A stretch of DNA of 63,993 nucleotides, counting the filler, from Reticulomyxa filosa (lineage: Eukaryota; Protista; Foraminifera), in the NCBI GenBank assembly GCA_000512085.1. It is 17 parts of 17 records of this genome, joined end to end, with 100 filler letters (N's around TTAATTAATTAA, not from the genome) between each part and the next. Parts side by side here need not be neighbours in the genome. Positions count along the whole stretch, not along the records: positions 1 to 1,118 come from ASPP01033085.1; positions 1,219 to 2,261 come from ASPP01021770.1; positions 2,362 to 6,296 come from ASPP01011741.1; positions 6,397 to 9,731 come from ASPP01008749.1; positions 9,832 to 24,589 come from ASPP01023891.1; 12 more parts are not named here. The stretch is one strand, 5' to 3'. This document shows positions 1 through 12,099 of this stretch, one piece after another. The translations under genes were made by a program, and so were the position numbers. The notes beneath the pieces are model-generated. The model did no database searches and was not told the origin of the DNA. It saw only the letters and a list, made by a program, of their open reading frames with translations. How positions within the stretch are numbered: position 1 is the stretch's first letter; every line of letters starts with the position of its first letter.

Positions 1-768
1 GAACACGAGCAAAATAAAATCAGTGCTGTAAGTTTAAAAAAACAGTATATCTCTTTCATTTCAAATTGGAAACTTTTCATATGCTGAGGTTCCTAAATTT
101 TTATGGAAGTGAGTGGGACATTGAAAACGTTGAGTGCATCTGAACAAGAAGTGGTGGAGAAAGAGTATCACATTTCCAAAACATACTTACATACCATCTT
201 TATTTGGTGACAATTTTCTTGTCTTTGCACAACAAAAGGATATTTCTATTGTGAAAAAATTTGTGGAACAAGCCGAAAAAGAGCACAAATTGGGATAATA
301 ATTAATTACGGCGTTGAAGAGCAATAAGATCGACTGAGGTCAAAGCAATGCTATGTGAACGAAACAAAGGGGCAGAAGCAATATTTTCACGAACAGTGAT
401 TTTAATGGATGCAACCGGTTCCATGGGTCACTTGTTGCAAAAAGCCAAAAATGCAGTGACCACTATGTTCGAACGCATCACTATCATTTTGAAAGGTCAT
501 GGATTTACCTCCCAATAGCTTTGAAATGTAATTTATGGTATATTGGAATTACAACTCACCAGCAGACATGCTTCTGCAAACATCTCCGTGGGAATCAAAG
601 CCCGAGAATTTACGTACGGATGGGGAAATGAAGCAATCGAAGTGGGACTGGCCCATATTAACAAAGAACACGAAAAAAGCAAATATTTCACAGGTTATTT
701 TGATTGGAGATGTGAATACACTTGTTGATGCTTATAGAACAAAATTTTTCAAGTCTTATACTTTGTGA
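1..768 (+). pseudogene. Decayed vWA-domain gene fragment
   Basis: Frame through 405 reads RTVILMDATGSMGHLLQKAKNAVTTMFERI (MIDAS-like DxTGS). The downstream motifs YNS..LLQTSPWESKPENLR, WGNEAIEVGL and VILIGD are split over different frames (ORFs 535-768 and 543-728), with stops. Confidence 0.65.
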
Positions 769-1118
769 TATTGTCTTACTTTGTTTGTGCAAGTCGTTAT
801 GTAAGAAAGTATTTTTCCATTTTTAAAAAATATTGTTTGCAATGTAAAGCTACTTTCACCAAACTTTCTTCACTATTTTAATTTTGTTGATTTTTGTACA
901 ATCAACAGCTAAAAAAAAAAATCCCTAAAATAAACTCCTATACACATTCATGCGTTTCATCATGAAAAATCAGCATTTATTTGATATTCTTTTTTTAAAT
1001 AATATCTACGTTCTGGTATTAAAAAAAAAACATTACAAAAATTATTTTCAACGGCATCCATCCACATTTATCTATTTCTTTATAAATAAAAAACACAAAC
1101 AAAAAAATTAATTAATAT

Positions 1119-1218
1119 NNNNNNNNNNNNNNNNNNNNNNNNNNNNNNNNNNNNNNNNNNNNTTAATTAATTAANNNNNNNNNNNNNNNNNNNNNNNNNN
1201 NNNNNNNNNNNNNNNNNN
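1119..1218. other. Artificial contig spacer N44-TTAATTAATTAA-N44. Identical spacers start at 2262, 6297, 9732, 24590, 26633, 32149, 45652, 46872, 48974, 50192, 52534, 54445, 58361, 59948 and 62103
   Basis: Same 100-nt pattern 16 times; the 12-mer is palindromic and gives a stop codon in all six frames. Confidence 0.98.
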
Positions 1219-1563
1219 CTGGAAACCATTTTAATTGTATTTTGCTACAACATGAATTTTACCTTTACAAAATATAATGTATTATTGCTTAATGTGAAAA
1301 AATTTCATGCAAATGCTACATTACCTCTTAAATTGATTAAAGTTAGTCTAATAATTATTTAATCTACATATTTCATCTTGATGTTAAGTAAACGAAATGA
1401 CTAAAAGACGTCAAAAAATCTAAACAATATATGATATGCTTCACAACAAGACAATCCAAAACAAATTAAAAAAATGTATTAATTATTTTATTATGCGTGA
1501 TGTCCACCAGAAAAAAAAGGGCCGTCTTTCACATAAGGAGGAAAAAACTGGGGGAAAAAAGAC

Positions 1564-2261
1564 ATGTCCGCTTTCATTGAAAAAGATAAAAATGCACAAT
1601 ATTTTTTAGCTTGGTTGGATAACACCAAAGTGAAATCGTTTGTCAAGCAAATCCAAGCGGTGGAATCTTCAGTGGAAGAATGGTTACTGAAGGACAAATG
1701 GGAATTCCACAAGTCAGTTGACAATTATCAAACGTATAAAGGCGAGTCAGTGAACTTTGAAATAAGAGTGTTTAAAATATGGGACGAAACGGTGCGTATG
1801 TACGCATGGAAAGTGGACGCGATAATTCCAGAAAAAAATGCGCAATCAGTGATCGATTACTACACCGAGCCAAAAAAAAGAATGGAAATCGAGACGGACA
1901 CGATAGAGAGTATGCGCAACATCAACGTGTTTTCCACGCAAGCTTTGAACACAAACGCCAGTAAAGACAAGGCCACCGCAAAAGCGATAGACGTAAGCGA
2001 TGCGGAATGCCGTATAACCGTGGTGAAATTAAAAGGTATCGACATTGGAAAGGTCGGGTTGATATCGCCACGAATGTATGTGAATTTAGGCAAGCTCTCG
2101 TATAATCCCAAGGTGAAGCAGCACACCCTTGTGAGTACGTACTTAGAGTTATCGGAACTGCAGCAATTTCTCAAAGACACTCGATGTGTCCATAAAGTGG
2201 CTGAGTCGATTGCTGACAATATTTCTACGTTTAGTGTCCCCCTTTTTTTTTTTTTTTTTTT
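1564..2261 (+). CDS. START/SRPBCC-like lipid-binding domain protein (3' truncated)
   Basis: Open frame of about 225 codons. Pattern 'WEFHK...AWKVDAII..NAQSVIDYYTEPKKRMEIE...LISPRMYVNL' resembles START-domain motifs (vs.RdfV). Confidence 0.55.
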
Positions 2262-2361
2262 NNNNNNNNNNNNNNNNNNNNNNNNNNNNNNNNNNNNNNN
2301 NNNNNTTAATTAATTAANNNNNNNNNNNNNNNNNNNNNNNNNNNNNNNNNNNNNNNNNNNN

Positions 2362-2395
<34 letters not shown>

Positions 2396-2396
2396 G

Positions 2397-4976
2397 GATT
2401 CGAAATGGAAACTACTTCAACAATTGTGTCGACAATATCTACGTAAAACGCAAGAGGAGCATGAAACTAAACAGCAGATTGACGACGACGACGATGACGA
2501 CGACGACGACGATGAAGAAGAGCCCTTGCGTTCGTACCGTTTGTCCATGTCTGCAAATGCGTTGAAACAGTGTCGACAAGACCATTACAATAATGATAAT
2601 GATGATAATGATGATAATGACAATGGGGTTAGCATAAAGTGCAAGATGAGCGAAAAGGAGATCCTCGAAATGCAAATGGAAATGAAAAGCAGCGACGTGG
2701 ACGTCAATCCCAAGCACGTGTTGGACTGGGATGTGTATTTGAAGGAGCTGTGGCTGCGAGCGCATCAAATGAACGAGTCATTTCAAATGGAAATGAAAGA
2801 GATCTTTAAGCCATGCAAAGGGTGTCGTTGGGAAGAGGGGCCAGTTAAAACGTTGGAAAGCTATCGTCGTAAAGCGCAAATGGATTACGACTGTGAAGTC
2901 TACCCTTTCTCCGCGCACGTGCTCGACATTGTACGTTGTCGCGTCACGTTCGATACGCCCAAGCATTTGGTGGACGGTTTGAAGCACTTTGTGCATGTGC
3001 TTTGTTCGGCGGAATATCAACAGCGATTTCGCATTGTACGTATAAAAAACGCATTTGCAGCAGTCAATCCTTTGCTCTCAACTACTCGCACTCGTACATT
3101 GTACAAGGACATTAAAGTCAATGTTCAATTTCGCAAGATCTGCGCGTATAACCGTAGCCAAGTGGCCATGGTGACCGAAGTCCAATTCACACTGCACGCC
3201 ATTGCGCAGCAGAGACAAGTGCAACAACACTCGCTGTTTCGCTTCCTTCGATCCGAAATGCTTCACTTGAAGTCGTCCAAAGATATCCAACACTGGTTCG
3301 ATTTCCAATTGCAAAGCGCCTGTTTCGAGTCTAAAGACATTGCCAATTTGATGTATCATTGTCCTCGCCAGTTTGCATTGTCGCCCTTGGTCCAACACTT
3401 TCATAGCGCCGGCGGAGATACCTTCCTTTCGCAAATGGCCAACAATGGACAAGTCCAATTTCCTCACGCACAAACGCTCTTGCAAAGTGGCTCTTTCATC
3501 CCTTTTCATGTCGTCCAAACACAGCTCGTTCAAGACAATCACAAAGGGACCTTTCCGCTAATGCACGCCTTGTGGAAGCAACCGTCCATTGATTGCATCA
3601 AGCTGTTCATCCCTTCCTATTCAGAGCATGCCAAAATGGTTTGGTACGCTGCGAACCGAGTTTTGTTTACAAAAAAAATAAATAATAAAATAAAATTGAA
3701 AAGTGAACAGAGAGAAGGAAATTTTTAAATTTTTTTTAAAAAATTTAAAAAAAAAAAAAATTAAAAAAAAAAAGCCCAAATTCCACGAATGCACACACAC
3801 AAATATGGCCAATTTTTTATTGAATTAAGGAAAACGCCTCATGTATCCACTTTGGAGTTCGCAATGTTCATGTGGAAACATCTTTGATTTTGGAGCTGCT
3901 CAAACAAAATATCCAACCTGACAAATGGCAGTCCATTATTGAATCCCACGATTCTGAAGTAAGGATATATGCACTTGCTCTGTTTTTTTAAATACTCCAT
4001 TTTATTTTATTTTTTTTGTCTTCTTCATCCCTTTCTCCCTATTGGATCGTTTGCAACAGCAAGGGTTTTCTCCTTTGATGACTGTCGTTTATTTTCAATC
4101 CACTCTAACTCCTTATGTCATTGAGTCACTCATCCCAGATGATTACAAGCAAAACGAGTTATTTTGGGAACACAGAGCCAATAGAAGATTGGTAATGCTT
4201 TTTTTTTTTTTTTTTTTTCGGCTTTTATGTATATGTATATGCGTGTGTCTAAATTATATATTCACAGACAACTCTACTGTATTGCATTTAATATTTCACC
4301 AGTCTCTTCGAATGTATTGTCCAGATTAAAAGTACTGCATCAGTATATGCCACAAAACTGCTGGGAAAGCTTACTCGTCACTGAGGACGCTGTTAAGTTT
4401 GTGATAACTATTTACTACACATCACAGCACGTTACTTTGAGTCCTTTTTTTCCAGCTCAAATGAAATTATTTCTGACACAGCATGGCAAGACACCATTAA
4501 TGCATGGATTGCTGTGGGGATCAGAAATGGATGACGAAATTATGTCACTGTTAACCCCACAAAACAAAGATTTGGATTTTTGGAGAATGTTGACGCGTGT
4601 TTGTTTTTTGCTAATTTTTTTTTTTGTTTTGTTTTGTTTATTTGTTTTGTATTTGATACAATATTTTTGAACAGGATAGCATCGTTGATCGAGAACAATG
4701 CAACATGTTGCACTTAAGTATTATGAACAAGAAACAAACTGAAAATAATTTGAAGTGCTTGCGCGCAAAAATGCCGAAACAAGTGTGGAACGAATTATTG
4801 CAAATGAAAAATTACACAATTGTATGATCAACAAATTGCATTTTTTCTGCTCATAAAAAAAAGTACATAATTTACCTAACACACTTTTTTTTTAGCTTGC
4901 AGAAACGCCTGTGGAAATTGCCTATCGGCTAAAGAAATCGAACAATGTGCTAGCATTATTGGTTCCGCAAAAATAA
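2397..4976 (+). CDS. RelA/SpoT-like nucleotidyltransferase domain fused to C-terminal ankyrin-like repeats; multi-exon, 5' truncated
   Basis: Motifs in order: GPVKTLESYRRK (2838), LDIVRCRV (2922), RIKNAF, YKDIKVNV (3102), TEVQFTL (3174). Later exons carry ankyrin-like starts GTFPLMHAL, GFSPLMTVV, NSTVLHLIF, HGKTPLMHGL, CNMLHLSI and ETPVEIAY, with stop at 4974-4976. AG acceptor at 2395-2396 is in frame with ORF 2424-3728. Confidence 0.72.
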
Positions 4977-6559
4977 GGTTTATTACGGATCATTGAATTT
5001 AGTTTGTGGCTATGAGAAATATAATGTTGTTACATTTAAGTTTTAATAACCCGGACACAAATAAAGCTTTTTTCGTTTTCAAAAATTTTTATTTTAATTT
5101 TGAAATTACATGAATGTGACCATTTCAAAATTAGGCTTGTTGAAGAAAAACGATAAGCTGAATTCTGTCGTTTTTATTGAGGAAGAGAAGTTTTTTATGT
5201 TCATGAACAAGTCTTGAAAGAACATCACAAACCGATAAAAAAAATCTAAAAACAAAAACGTACCTCAAAATGACACCCAAAACAGGCTTAACAAGTCCAC
5301 AGGCCAAGCCAAGATTAAAAAAAAAATAGAAAAAAATTTGAAGACATCACAACAAACCTGATCGTTTCTCCCTTTTCTTTGCTCAATACTCTTGTGTGCA
5401 TTTGTGTCTCATATGTAAGAAACAAAACAAAAGCTCACCTAAAGCGAGTGGAGCCGTGTTATTCTTCATCCACGAATAATTATATTTGCAAATTGTTCAA
5501 AGATAATTGCAGGCAACTTGAAAACAAAAACCAAAAAGTAACAAAGGATTGCCAGTGCTAAATCCCAATCCCAAACAAAAAAAAACACAAAAAAACAAAA
5601 AATAACATCACTTTAAAAGAAAGAATAAAAATTTAAAAAATATTAGGAAAAAAAATAAACAAAACACTAACACTTAACTAAAATAAATGCATCTCGAAAA
5701 AAAAGGGAGAAGATAAAGTTAATCCAACTACAAAATGTGAGTTAAAAAAACAACCAATTAGCATTTTTAATCTCTTCCTTTTATTTTTGATCAGAAAATT
5801 GGATTAACAATATGATCAAACACGTCACGCACACACAAAGAGCAAAGTCCAGCGTTTTTGGAATTTCATAACTTTGAACAAAAGTAACGCATCAAAGGAT
5901 TGATTGCAAAAAAAAAACTAAGTGTGACCAGCACCACATCTCTACTTTTTCTGGCACACAGAATGAAAAAAAAACAAAAAAGCCAAAAAAAAAAAACAAA
6001 AGCCAAACCAAAAAAATCACTCAAGCAAAAAATGTTATTTTGCGTTTATATTTGTCACCACTACTATTCAACAAATGCACATACGCAAATGCACATATAC
6101 ACAAGTTTGAATAGTCCATAAACTGTCCAAATTTTTTGTGGAAAAAAAAAGTATTACACCATTGCCCGAAGCCTTGGATATAATTTTTAACAGACAATCA
6201 ATAGCATTCTGGTTTCCATTTTGTCAGTTTTTGTTGGTGTTCTTCTCATTTTCTCGTATTTGCAAAGAGGGAAGGAAAAAAAAAAGAAACACAAATNNNN
6301 NNNNNNNNNNNNNNNNNNNNNNNNNNNNNNNNNNNNNNNNTTAATTAATTAANNNNNNNNNNNNNNNNNNNNNNNNNNNNNNNNNNNNNNNNNNNNCTAT
6401 TATATTCGGACTAACAACAAAAACTAAATTAAAAAGGACGCGAGTACACGTTTAATTCCTTTGACCAGAAATTTCCTTGTATCAACATAGTACCTTTTTG
6501 ACCGGTTATATTGTCAGCGGACAACAGTAATTCATTTCTGAAAAATAACTTAAAATCCC

Positions 6560-7263
6560 TTAATATGTAAATCTCAAATATGGGATATATCATCAGGAAG
6601 ATAAATTAAATTAGGGGATGATGTCAATGCTAAATATGCAAAATTCTTGTCAGATGGAAATAGAATTATATTTTTTTCATATAATGGCAATGGTACAATC
6701 AAATTGTGGGATTTGTTATCTAATAAACAAATTCAAATATTTGAAGTATATGAAGGTTTTATACATATAATAAATATTTCACCAGATGATTCTAAATTTG
6801 TATCGTATTCACTGGATAATACAATTTTGGTATGGGATATATCAACTTTTTTCATATAAAGCAAGTGGAAATGCAACTGGAGTAATATTTTCTCCAGATG
6901 GTATTACAATTGCGATTTGTTTAAATAAACAATTGAATTATGGGATGTATTAACTGGAAAACAAATCCAAATATTAAATGGGCATTCTGATCGTATATGT
7001 GGAATAAAATATTTATTGGATGATTCTAAAATTATTTCATATTCAAATGACAAAACGATTCGAATATGAGATACTTCTTCAGGAAAACAAATTCAGTGTT
7101 AGAAGGACATAATAATTACATCAATTGCATTCACGTATCTCCTGATGGTTCAAAACTAGTGTCATGTTCTGACAATAAAACAATTCGATTATGGGGTAGT
7201 GACAACGGTAAAATTGTTGATTTAACTGAGACCAGTATGGTGGATTATATAAGCTTTATGTGA
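6560..7263 (+). pseudogene. WD40-repeat pseudogene
   Basis: Repeats such as ISPDDSKFVSYSLDNTILVWD and GHNNYINCIHVSPDGSKLVSCSDNKTIRLW are interrupted by frameshifts and stops (e.g. IRI*D where W is expected). Confidence 0.8.
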
Positions 7264-8121
7264 AAATAACTTAGCACTTTGTTTTATAAAAACAATGCTA
7301 TTGTATTCCACTTTATTTTTAATGACAAGATTATTTTGAAAAATACAGAATACTATAAATTTGCAATTTCAATTTAACACTATCATATCTTCTAACTTTG
7401 TCACTTTATTCGATTGTAAAGTATATTTAAATCATGCAAATTTTAATAGTTTACGCTGTTTTACTTTTGAACGTTTGCATGACCATGTAGGAATAGTGAG
7501 ACGACTAACTGTAATACGAAAGGAACTTAGTTCCAAAAAGCAACTTCAGTAAAAAGAAATTAAACTATCAAAAATAATTTCAACACAAGAAAGGAAAACA
7601 AGTAAGGAAAAACACAAAAGTGAGTTGCGTTGTGAAGAGGGTTTTAACCCACCGGGGTCCCACCGTTCCATTAGTATTTGAGATTGTATAATAGGGACTG
7701 CCCTACAACCATCATTATATTTCAAATATGTGTGTAAGCATATTTTTGATCAATTGACAGTATTTCGCTTCTGCAAAGTAATGCAAATTTGTTCCCCTTC
7801 AAAAGATTTGTGAAAACTTTTTTCAGGGTTGACAAGATTTTCTTTGGTATGTCATTTCGTATTTTTAAATTCATGTTTGCATGGGCACTCTAAATCTAGC
7901 AAATTGATAACTTTTGCAAACAAATTCATTATGTGTGAAAAGTAATTTATTTAAATTTAAGTATATATTACCGCTTTTGATGAAATTCTAAAGTGAAAAA
8001 TAAATGGCTTTAAAACATTATGTAAACCACAGACTGTTGTGTATTCTGCATTTTCAAACTACTTCTTCTATTCATTATTTTGCGACTTTATGATTCATTT
8101 GTGAAAAAAATCAACTCAATA

Positions 8122-8477
8122 CAGTAGGTTGAATAAAAAACTGAACACCTAAAACGCCACCTTATGAAGATTATTGATTTTCTCCATGAAAAACAGATAT
8201 TTAATCCTAATTTTTTTAAAAATATCCACAAATGTTGTAGTTTTTAAATGTGGAATTGATTTTTGAATAACTTTTTTTTGAGGTGTATAAAATTTTAAAA
8301 GCAACACAAAAAAAAAAATTATAGGTCCACTGAAAAAAAAATTTTAAATGTAAAAAGTACAACATTTGTAGATATTTTTTTAAAAAAATTAGGATTAAAT
8401 GTCTGTTTTTCATGGAGAAAATCAATAATCTTCATAAGGTGGCATTTTAGGTGTTCAGTTTTTTATTCAACCTACTG
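8122..8477. mobile_element. MITE (356 bp) with ~125-bp terminal inverted repeats and TA target-site duplication, Tc1/mariner-type ends
   Basis: TA|CAGTAGGTTGAATAAAAAACTGAACACC...GGTGTTCAGTTTTTTATTCAACCTACTG|TA; arms nearly identical; no credible coding frame. Confidence 0.92.
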
Positions 8478-8639
8478 TATTTCCAAAAAGATTTTTTCTT
8501 CACATTGTCTTATATTTAAAAAAATTACTAAATAATAATAAGAAAATTATGTTTCTTTTTTTTTCTCACAAAGACGTTTTTTTCAAAAGGGCACATTTTT
8601 TCATCCCTTTTTTTTTTAAAAAAAAAAATTACTATAAGA

Positions 8640-9731
8640 ATGAAGAGGATACCAACTAGCAGGATGAGGAAATCCGTTAAAAAATTGAAGGATTTGCCCA
8701 TTCGAATGTTTGATCCTCAATGTGTGCGACACAAACATGAAATCATTATTTGTGGATGTTTTGAAGAAAGAGCTTGTTATTCTTATAATATACTCAAAGA
8801 TGAATACAAGTTAATCTGTGAGTATCCAAGTAATGTTATCTTATCTGGCCACTGTGTGGTAAAATTGGAAGACGGTAACGACAGCAAAGACAGCAATGAG
8901 GTGGCTGTGTTGTCTTTTGGTGGAGATAAGGAGATGAAAAGACATACATTAATAATGAAATATGTAAGTGTTTGGAGTGATGACAATGACAATGACAATG
9001 AAATGAATAAATCAAAGAAATCAGAGAAATTAAACAATTGCAATGAATGGGTCCCTTTCACAGACAATCACAATAATCCAATTCAAATTGCAAGACCAAA
9101 CGAAGATTTTAAAGGAGCACGCGCATTGATTGGTGGAAGCAACAATAATTTGTTATTTATCGTTTATTATCATAAGAATATTAGCGTGTTTAATTTAAAG
9201 ACATTCCAATATATTAAACATGACCGTTTGCCAATTCAAACTGGGCTATCATTTCCATGCTTTGTATTGCATCAAAAACATGGACAAGAAATGACTCAAA
9301 AAAATGAAAAACAAAATCAAACAAACAATGAAATGTTATTGTTTTTTACCAAATCAGCATTGAGAATTGAATATGATGAAGATAAAAACACTTTTCAATT
9401 TCATCAACTAGCTGTTGATATATATGTTGCACAGGTCTGTAGATATGGATATGCGTGTGTCAATGATGTTCTCTGGGTATTTGGTGGATATTGTTGGATT
9501 GCTGGTAAAAGATACGTTTCCAGGATCATATTCAAGTATTACATTCGCGAAAACAGATGGGAAATGTTTCGAAATGCTATACCAGCTCAGATTTTTGAAT
9601 ATGCCACAGTGTTGAGTGAAGACAGAACATATGTGCATTTGATTGGAGGAAGATTTAAATTTGATGAAAATGTGATAAGACATATCACATTGAACATGGA
9701 GGAATGTATTGGTAAAGAAGAAGAAGAAGAA
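8640..9731 (+). CDS. Kelch-like beta-propeller protein, lineage-expanded family (3' truncated)
   Basis: QCVRHKHEIIICG, GHCVVK, LSFGG, ARALIGGSNNNLLFI, WVFGG, YVHLIGG; clear paralog of the gene at 13877. Confidence 0.85.
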
Positions 9732-9831
9732 NNNNNNNNNNNNNNNNNNNNNNNNNNNNNNNNNNNNNNNNNNNNTTAATTAATTAANNNNNNNNNNNNN
9801 NNNNNNNNNNNNNNNNNNNNNNNNNNNNNNN

Positions 9832-9863
<32 letters not shown>

Positions 9864-10969
9864 TATGTATATATTCTTTCATAAATATAATATAATATAT
9901 ATATGTACACATACGTATAACAAAGGCTCAACTTCATGACATAGATCGGTGTGGAGCAAAGTCTCGTCCATGTCCAGCACCAGCAGTTTTTTTTCTTTGG
10001 TGGATGTTTTCTCTTCAACATCCGCAATTCTTTCTTCTTTTTCATCGTCTTCGTCTTTGATTTTGGATTGTTCCAGTTCTGGCTCTTGGTCCACCTCTTT
10101 CTCAAGTTCTGGCTCTGTCTTTGCGTCTTCTTGTTGCGGTGCTGGTGTCTCCTATAGAAATATGATAGCATGACAATTGACACTCAAAAACGCAAAGCGC
10201 AAGGCACAAAGCACAAAGTACAAAAAAAAAAAAAAAAAAGGACATACCTCGGATTGTAGATAGTTGTTGTTAAATCCAAGCCATTTCGGCAGGCACCACT
10301 TCAACGCACATGTTGGCAATACTGCCCTTCTGGCAACTTCATCCTGACCAACTTTCTATTGTTTAGTTGTGTATTTTGCAAAAAAAAAAAAAAAAACAAA
10401 CACCAAATACATATTTTTGTTTTAATGATTGATTGACACTATTGTGATAGCTATTCATTCCACCATGACAACATACCATTACAAATATATACAAAACTTT
10501 GCGTTGTTTTAAATCAGGCTCTCTTCCACTCAAGCCGGCTTCGTCTTCTTGTTGGGATGCACCGAGGCTCCGTTTCTTGCTTCGAGTCTCTTCGGCTTGC
10601 GCTTGCTGCTCTTCTTTCGCCTAATCATTTATTTGGAATTATTTACTATTCAAAATATGGAGTCTTTTCACACAAACAACGATTATATATATACATATAT
10701 TGGAAATGCATTTACCATCCCCAAGTTGAATGGCATCAATGACGCCATATAATTTCCAATTCTCTGGCATATCCCGGTATTGATCTATCATTTGGTTTAT
10801 CACACATTTATATTAAAATTATTATCGAATTTCACTTGGAGTGTGTTATACATACCCTCTGTTTTTTCTGGGCTGGCCCAGAAATAGCATCTTCGAGCTT
10901 GCGCTTGCGTCCGATCGTTTGTCCTGTTTATTTTATTGTGTTATGTGTTAAGACAATACTCAGCTCCAT
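9832..10969 (-). CDS. FCP1/SCP (NIF, HAD-family) CTD-phosphatase-like protein, N-terminal exons only
   Basis: KKLLVLDMDETLLHT (DxDx(T) catalytic motif) at about 9950-9995. Upstream low-complexity exons have GT-AG limits; the start ATG at 10969 is tentative. Confidence 0.75.
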
Positions 10970-12099
10970 CTTTTTTTTTTTTAAATATTATTTTTTTTAA
11001 AAGATACAAATTGGAACTGACTTGCAAAAGAAACAAAAACAAATGTTTGATATGTGTGTATTTATTTATGTTTGACAATCCAACTTTTTGTTGTTTTGGT
11101 TGATTTTTTTATATTAAAAAAAAAAAAAAGCATTGCAAAAAAAAAAACAGCTGCATCAGTGATATGTGCAAGAAAGTGAAAGTGAACAAATGAAAAAAGC
11201 GAAGCAAAAAATTGTTAAAATTGGATATCTGCTGTAAAATCAAACAAGAAAATGTATTATCTATCCTTTTTTTTTTTTTTTATCCCACGCTTGTTTATAT
11301 CCTGTTTTTTTGGTTGTCCCCTTTTGCGTCTAGTTTTTTTTTTTGTTTGCTTGCTTGTCTGTGAATAGAAGACATTACTTGTAATTCCGGTGTCAGTTGC
11401 GTTATTCTCACTATTCTCCATTTTCTTTTCTTCCATTCTTTTTTTTCTTTCCAAATAACTTATTCAATTCAACCTTAGAAGCCTTTAACTTTTTTACTTG
11501 TAACACATTAGAAAAAAACGACCTTCACACAAAAATAAACAACAACAGGAGCAAGAAGCTGTTAATACATTCGTTTCATTTATTGTTCGAGGTGGCAATG
11601 AAAACATACTTTCAACCAATGAATATGGCATCAGTGGAACGAGTAGGACAAATACAAAGGAGATTAAAGAAGCAAAAACTTTGTGATTGGCCATCGAAAT
11701 GAAAGCACTATCTCTTTTGCATTTTTTTTTTTTTTTGGGGGCAGAATTGTTCATTGGACCCATTTTCACCAATGGCTAACTCAATGTCTCTTTTTTATTT
11801 AATGTGTTTATGTCATTTTTATTTCTTTGATGACAACTTGTGTCAATTTTCAAATGCAACGATATGTTTGATATTGTATTTGAATAGTAAAAAAAAACTG
11901 GCAAATTTTATTTTTGATTTACTGTTATATGTCCGTTACAATTGTGAAATTGGAATTATTTAAGCGTATCATCAGCAGGCATATTCTTTGGAACATGGTG
12001 GGAAGGGGGGGGGGTATAAGCGTGTGTGCGTGTGGAAGTGAACAATGGAAGTAAGTATACACTCGAACTTATCAACGCATTGCCAATGACGAGAGTAAC

